DNA of 64,000 nt, taken from the NCBI GenBank assembly GCA_052034935.1, contig JBPOIB010000006.1:537-64536 (forward strand), given 5' to 3'. The notes under the pieces are model-generated. The model did no database searches and was not told the origin of the DNA. It saw only the letters and a program-made list of their open reading frames with translations. The DNA is from Candidatus Moraniibacteriota bacterium (GTDB lineage: Bacteria > Patescibacteriota > Minisyncoccia > Moranbacterales > UBA1568). Numbering within the stretch: the stretch's first letter is position 1; each line of letters begins with the position of its first letter. This document shows positions 60,137 through 64,000 of this stretch, piece after piece. A program made the position numbers and the translations under genes.

Positions 60137-61684
60137 ATGATTCAGCAACAGAACCCCCAAACCTCGCTCCTGCGAGCAGTGGGGCCGACACTCCGGGTCA
60201 ACTGGTTCGCCAGAGCCTGGGGCGGATCGACCGGGCTGCGTACCGCCCTCTGGTACGTTTTCGGCGGCCTCATCGCCCTCATCGCCATCGCGGTGTGGGC
60301 AAAGACGATGGGCTGGACAGCCATACCCTGGACCATCGGCGGCGGAGCACTCATCGCGGCCATCGTGATGGGGACGCCGTTCGCTCTCGGAGCCACTCCC
60401 CCGATCTGGTTCGCGGGGTTCATCCGGCATCAAGCCGGTGGAGACCCCTGGCTCTCGGCGGAAGATGGCGTCACGGGAGGCAATGACTATGTGAAGGGAC
60501 TGTGGGGGTTCTTCAAGAGCCTCCTCTTCTACACCCCGCTGGTTTTCTTCGGTATCGGCTTCTTCCGGATCGAAGGCAACCTGCTCGGCGTCATCCCCTT
60601 CCTCGGTGTTTCGCTGGCGCTCATCATCCACTACGCCGGCACGCAGGGCACGTTCTTCCGCAATCTGGTGGTGCTCATCTATACGGGCATCATCCTGTGG
60701 ATCCTCGGGACCTGGATTCCCCCGGTCGCCGAGCGGCAGCAGCAATTCACTCACTGGTGGACGCTGAACGTGTCGCGCAATGCGGCCGACCAAGCCAGCG
60801 ACGAGCAGAACGCCGACCAGCACGCCAAGAACGTGCTGGACGCCGACAACTGCTTCGCTGGCCTGAAGAAGATGGTCCAGCCCACCCAGGAAGACAAGGA
60901 CCGCTGTGAAGCGCTCCGGAAGTCCGTCGGCAGTTACGTCTACAAGAACGCTGCCGAACAACAGCGGGCCGAAGCCAATGCGAGGCTGCGCCAAGCGCGC
61001 GTCGACGCAGCGGCCGCCTGCTGGAAGGGAATCACTGGTAGCTCCAAGCCGGAAGCGATCGCCCAGTGCGAAGCGCTCGAAAAGGAGATCGACCAGCCTC
61101 CGGTCACAGCGACACCGTCTGCTCCCCCGCCCCCACAAGGGACGACGGGTGCCGGTGGAACCACCCCTACGACCACGACCACCAGCAGCGAAGGGCCTTG
61201 GAACTGCGAAAAGACGTACCGGGAACTCGAGTTCGATCCGCGCCTGAAAGCAGGCCGAGTCGACCTCGAACCCCTCCCTCCGGGAAGGTACGAGATCACC
61301 GTCACCGGCAAGCGGCAACAGCCCTTCTACGTGATGAACAGCGTCGGCCGAGCCGAGCATGCTGCAACGTGTCTGAGCGACCCCGAGGGCAACCTCGAAG
61401 GCTGCACGGACCCACGCGGCACGCCGATCGACTGGAAAGCCGATCCGGCGAAGCTCGCCCATTGGCCCGGTGAGGGCAGACTGCCCGACCCGAGCCGGGC
61501 TCATGGCACCGTGATGGCGCATATCTGGGGACACATCATCCCCGTCGGAAGCGCCGTTCGCATCGGTACATCGGAAGAGCGCCCAATCGCACTCGACCTG
61601 AACGCCGATCGCTACCCGCTGAACTGGAGCGGCACCGGAGCATTCGCTGTGAAGATCAAGCAATGTGAGGCGACACGCACCTAA
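60137..61684 (+). CDS. Hypothetical polytopic membrane protein (about 6 TM) with a C-terminal Cys-containing extracytoplasmic domain, high GC.
   Basis: AAGGAGATTCC lies upstream of the ATG (MIQQQN). Hydrophobic helices through residue ~230. Pro/Thr/Gly linker (PPPPQGTTGAGGTTPTTTTT). Confidence 0.5.
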   Translation: MIQQQNPQTSLLRAVGPTLRVNWFARAWGGSTGLRTALWYVFGGLIALIAIAVWAKTMGWTAIPWTIGGGALIAAIVMGTPFALGATPPIWFAGFIRHQAGGDPWLSAEDGVTGGNDYVKGLWGFFKSLLFYTPLVFFGIGFFRIEGNLLGVIPFLGVSLALIIHYAGTQGTFFRNLVVLIYTGIILWILGTWIPPVAERQQQFTHWWTLNVSRNAADQASDEQNADQHAKNVLDADNCFAGLKKMVQPTQEDKDRCEALRKSVGSYVYKNAAEQQRAEANARLRQARVDAAAACWKGITGSSKPEAIAQCEALEKEIDQPPVTATPSAPPPPQGTTGAGGTTPTTTTTSSEGPWNCEKTYRELEFDPRLKAGRVDLEPLPPGRYEITVTGKRQQPFYVMNSVGRAEHAATCLSDPEGNLEGCTDPRGTPIDWKADPAKLAHWPGEGRLPDPSRAHGTVMAHIWGHIIPVGSAVRIGTSEERPIALDLNADRYPLNWSGTGAFAVKIKQCEATRT

Positions 61685-61872
61685 ACCGTCATCGAACGGT
61701 AAGGCAAACGAAACGGGCTGGAGAGCAATCTCCCGCCCGTTTTTTCTTTATCCCGTTAGAAGGAAAACTACTGGGCTAATACTCTTTTTCAAACTCTGTC
61801 GTTCAAAAAACAGATGTCACGGAAAAAATACCACCTCAAGATTTCTAACGGGATTTCTATACCCTCGCTCGT

Positions 61873-63900
61873 TTAGAAGAACCCCACGACGAGCCGAACC
61901 AGTACGATCGAGGCCAGCGAAACCGTAATCCCAATGATTGAGTACTTCACGATATTCTTTCCGGTATCGATACGACTCTCGTCCCCGGCTGCGGTCAGGT
62001 ACATGAAGGCTCCGATGACGAGCATGATGAGCGCGATGACACCGATGACCGAGAGGATAAAGTTGACCACACCCATCGTCATGTCGAGAAGTGATGGTCC
62101 GGCCGGAACTAACGGCGTGATGATACCGAGCATGGTTCCAATCTCTCGGAAGAACATCGGAGCGGCGATGCCGAGTGCAAGGCCGATGAGCGCGCCCAGG
62201 ATGCATTTCTTGCCCAGTTCCACCCGGCCCGTATCGCCGGCTGAGGTGATATAGAGAAAGGCACCGATGACGATGAAGATGATAGCGAGGATAGCAATCA
62301 GGTTCTGGAGCTCGGTCAGAAATTTCGCGATGAGTGCCGGAAGGTCCGCCGTAAAGAGCGGGTTCGGATACTTGACCGTCACCGGAGATGATGGCGGACC
62401 GGGTGGAACAGGAGGAACCACTTTCGGCGTACAGCAATCCATCACCGGACCGCAAGAAAGATCGAATTCTGTCTCTTCAGTCGTCCCGTCACAAGCAACC
62501 CGACACACTCCAGCACCACCGGATGTTCCTCCGACGCAAGCACCAACCGGAGGAGGGGCCACCTTGGGTGTGCAGCAATCCTCTACACCACAGGCGAAGT
62601 CGAATTCTGATGTTTCTGTAGCAGGATTACAGGCTGGACGGCACACTCCAGCGGCGCCGGACGTTCCACCCACGCAGGCAGCAGGGGCAGCGGCAGCACA
62701 GATACTTCCGTCCCAAGCTGATCCGGCGATACAGGTAGCATCCGACGAAGCTGTATCAATGATAGCCCCATTATTCCAGAGATCAAACCGTACGGTGGCA
62801 CCATAGCTCAAAGTACGCGTCTCGCCAGCCGAAGAAGCCGCTAGAGAAAAAGCGACCGCGTCCTGATCAACCCGCGGATTGACCGGAGCAGGAATGTTCC
62901 AACTTACTGAAATATCGCAGGCGCTCTGGCCCACCGGAATATCGCAACCAAACGGGACAGTGAACGTCGGTGATCCCGGCGGTCCGTACGAGACACAACA
63001 ATAGGTCGATCCGCCCCCGCAGGTCGCAGGGATATACGTCCCATCGACCGTCTCAGCGACATCCGGAGGAGTACACGAGAATCCACAGGTCCCCATATTG
63101 CCGCTATCGGCGCTCCGACAGGCGCTGCCAGGCACCGGAACGGGGGCAGCACACTGGCTCCCATCCCAGACATCGCTTCCGACGCACTGAGCACTCGACG
63201 GTTGCATGCTATACAACGGACCATCCAAAAGCTCGAGGATGTTCAATCCATGACTCAAAACGACGACTGTTCCCGGAGAGGATGCTGCACCGGAAACCGA
63301 ACTGCCGTCGTGGACAATCGATGGATTGAGCGGATTGGAAATGGACCAGCTGATAGTGATCGAACAATTGCTTCCGCCAGTGGGGATACTGCAGTTCGCC
63401 GGAACATTGAAGAAATCAAGGATTGGTTGGCAGCAGACCGCCCCGCCGAAACAAGCAGTGTCGGCAGCGCCGCCACCCACGCAGGCCGCGGGCAACTGGC
63501 AGGTGCCGTTTCCGCCCGAGCAGGCGGCACCGATGTTCGGCGGCGGGAGGCAGCAGATCTGTGCAGGCTGGCCACAAGATTCGAATGACTGAACATCGCC
63601 ATTATAGCCGCAGACTGGTTCACCCGGAAAACGAGTGTAGAGATCGCTCCGACACAGGCCGCCGGCATTCGTACAATCATTGACGCTTTGAGCCATTTGG
63701 CAACAAATCAAGGACCCGTTCGAATTAAACGGACAGGTGTGGGTAAAAATCGGATTTTCCCCTGCACCACAGCCAGAAATCCAACCCGGACGACACGCAG
63801 CGCCGATATCTTCACAGGCCTGAGCACTCACGCCATTCGGCGTAAACGTGATAAAAGCAAGTGCCAGAATAATGCTCGTGAAAAAATTCTTGAAGCGCAT
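61873..63900 (-). CDS. Secreted Cys-rich modular protein ending in two tandem T4SS-pilin-like (TrbC/VirB2-type) helix-loop-helix domains.
   Basis: Signal peptide. About six repeats of a C..G..C...CC.P module. Two CxIPxxxxxCxIxxSWxIxxPxNP modules. C-terminal motifs IVIGAFLYITSAGDTGRVELGKK and LVIGAFMYLTAAGDESRIDTGKN, each between two hydrophobic helices. Confidence 0.6.
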   Translation of the reverse strand: MRFKNFFTSIILALAFITFTPNGVSAQACEDIGAACRPGWISGCGAGENPIFTHTCPFNSNGSLICCQMAQSVNDCTNAGGLCRSDLYTRFPGEPVCGYNGDVQSFESCGQPAQICCLPPPNIGAACSGGNGTCQLPAACVGGGAADTACFGGAVCCQPILDFFNVPANCSIPTGGSNCSITISWSISNPLNPSIVHDGSSVSGAASSPGTVVVLSHGLNILELLDGPLYSMQPSSAQCVGSDVWDGSQCAAPVPVPGSACRSADSGNMGTCGFSCTPPDVAETVDGTYIPATCGGGSTYCCVSYGPPGSPTFTVPFGCDIPVGQSACDISVSWNIPAPVNPRVDQDAVAFSLAASSAGETRTLSYGATVRFDLWNNGAIIDTASSDATCIAGSAWDGSICAAAAPAACVGGTSGAAGVCRPACNPATETSEFDFACGVEDCCTPKVAPPPVGACVGGTSGGAGVCRVACDGTTEETEFDLSCGPVMDCCTPKVVPPVPPGPPSSPVTVKYPNPLFTADLPALIAKFLTELQNLIAILAIIFIVIGAFLYITSAGDTGRVELGKKCILGALIGLALGIAAPMFFREIGTMLGIITPLVPAGPSLLDMTMGVVNFILSVIGVIALIMLVIGAFMYLTAAGDESRIDTGKNIVKYSIIGITVSLASIVLVRLVVGFF

Positions 63901-63911
63901 GGTGTTTTCTA

Positions 63912-64000
63912 CAAGAAATTTGCAATCTGCCGGACCAGGACGATGGAAGCGAGAGCGATGGTGATGCCGATGATCGAGTATTTCGCGATCTTCTTCCCGG
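63912..64000 (-). CDS. 3' end of a further paralogous gene with the same C-terminal pilin-like domain (continues beyond the window).
   Basis: Nucleotides 63930..64000 are near-identical in pattern to 61880..61960 (ggtgatgccgatgatcgagtatttcgcgatcttcttcccgg versus gtaatcccaatgattgagtacttcacgatattctttccgg). Confidence 0.4.

Noticed and set aside
60083-61663. 526-aa minus-strand ORF.
   Set aside because: Antisense to the 60137..61684 membrane-protein gene. Arg/Gly/Asp/Pro-rich shadow ORF without an RBS.
1-64000. Search for CRISPR arrays, rRNA genes, transposases and integrases.
   Set aside because: I see no regularly spaced short direct repeats, no rRNA-like conserved stretches, and no DDE or tyrosine/serine recombinase signatures in any ORF.

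Overview
This window is a gene-dense bacterial chromosomal region. Its content looks like Candidate Phyla Radiation (Patescibacteria); that placement is an inference from gene content, not a database result. The supporting content is: a ThrRS lacking the N-terminal editing/TGS region, lamin-tail-domain and DUF4012-like surface proteins, a CofE-like ligase, T4SS-pilin-like domains, compact operons and many tRNAs without encoded CCA.

Layout:
- 1.5-16.5 kb: cell-envelope glycan locus (four GT4 glycosyltransferases, a Wzz-like protein, a cupin, an NAD-dependent epimerase, a SAM methyltransferase, a GT39/ArnT-like membrane glycosyltransferase).
- 16.5-29 kb: surface/secreted proteins and mixed functions (LTD-PKD protein, DUF4012-like protein, thrS, an SNase-like nuclease, a P-type ATPase, an RNHCP protein, an FNR-like reductase, a VOC enzyme).
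- 31-58 kb: housekeeping block (yvcK, HU, rny, gpmI, recG, GT2/GH1 pair, tsaD, valS, Hsp20, VanW, clpP, tig, ppa, nusA).
- 58.9-64 kb: accessory end with two high-GC membrane-protein genes and Cys-rich proteins ending in tandem T4SS-pilin-like domains.

I identify 11 tRNA genes: Gly-CCC, Gly-TCC, Pro-TGG, Arg-TCG, Ser-TGA, Arg-GCG, Arg-CCG, Glu-TTC, Lys-CTT, His-GTG and Arg-TCT.

Several genes sit in pockets of higher GC (about 60-65% by eye, against about 50-55% for core genes). These genes have strong AGGAG-type ribosome-binding sites and no recognisable domains.

Hunt candidates:
- A tandem array of six paralogous ~100-aa proteins (5053-8145).
- A conserved ~150-nt element with a duplicated tRNA 3' end downstream of two different tRNA-Arg genes.
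- Paralogous small secreted proteins with a duplicated consensus promoter and long leader (29.3-31.0 kb).
- Cys-rich modular proteins with C-terminal tandem pilin-like domains (61.9-64 kb).

No CRISPR array, rRNA gene or obvious transposase/integrase gene is present.
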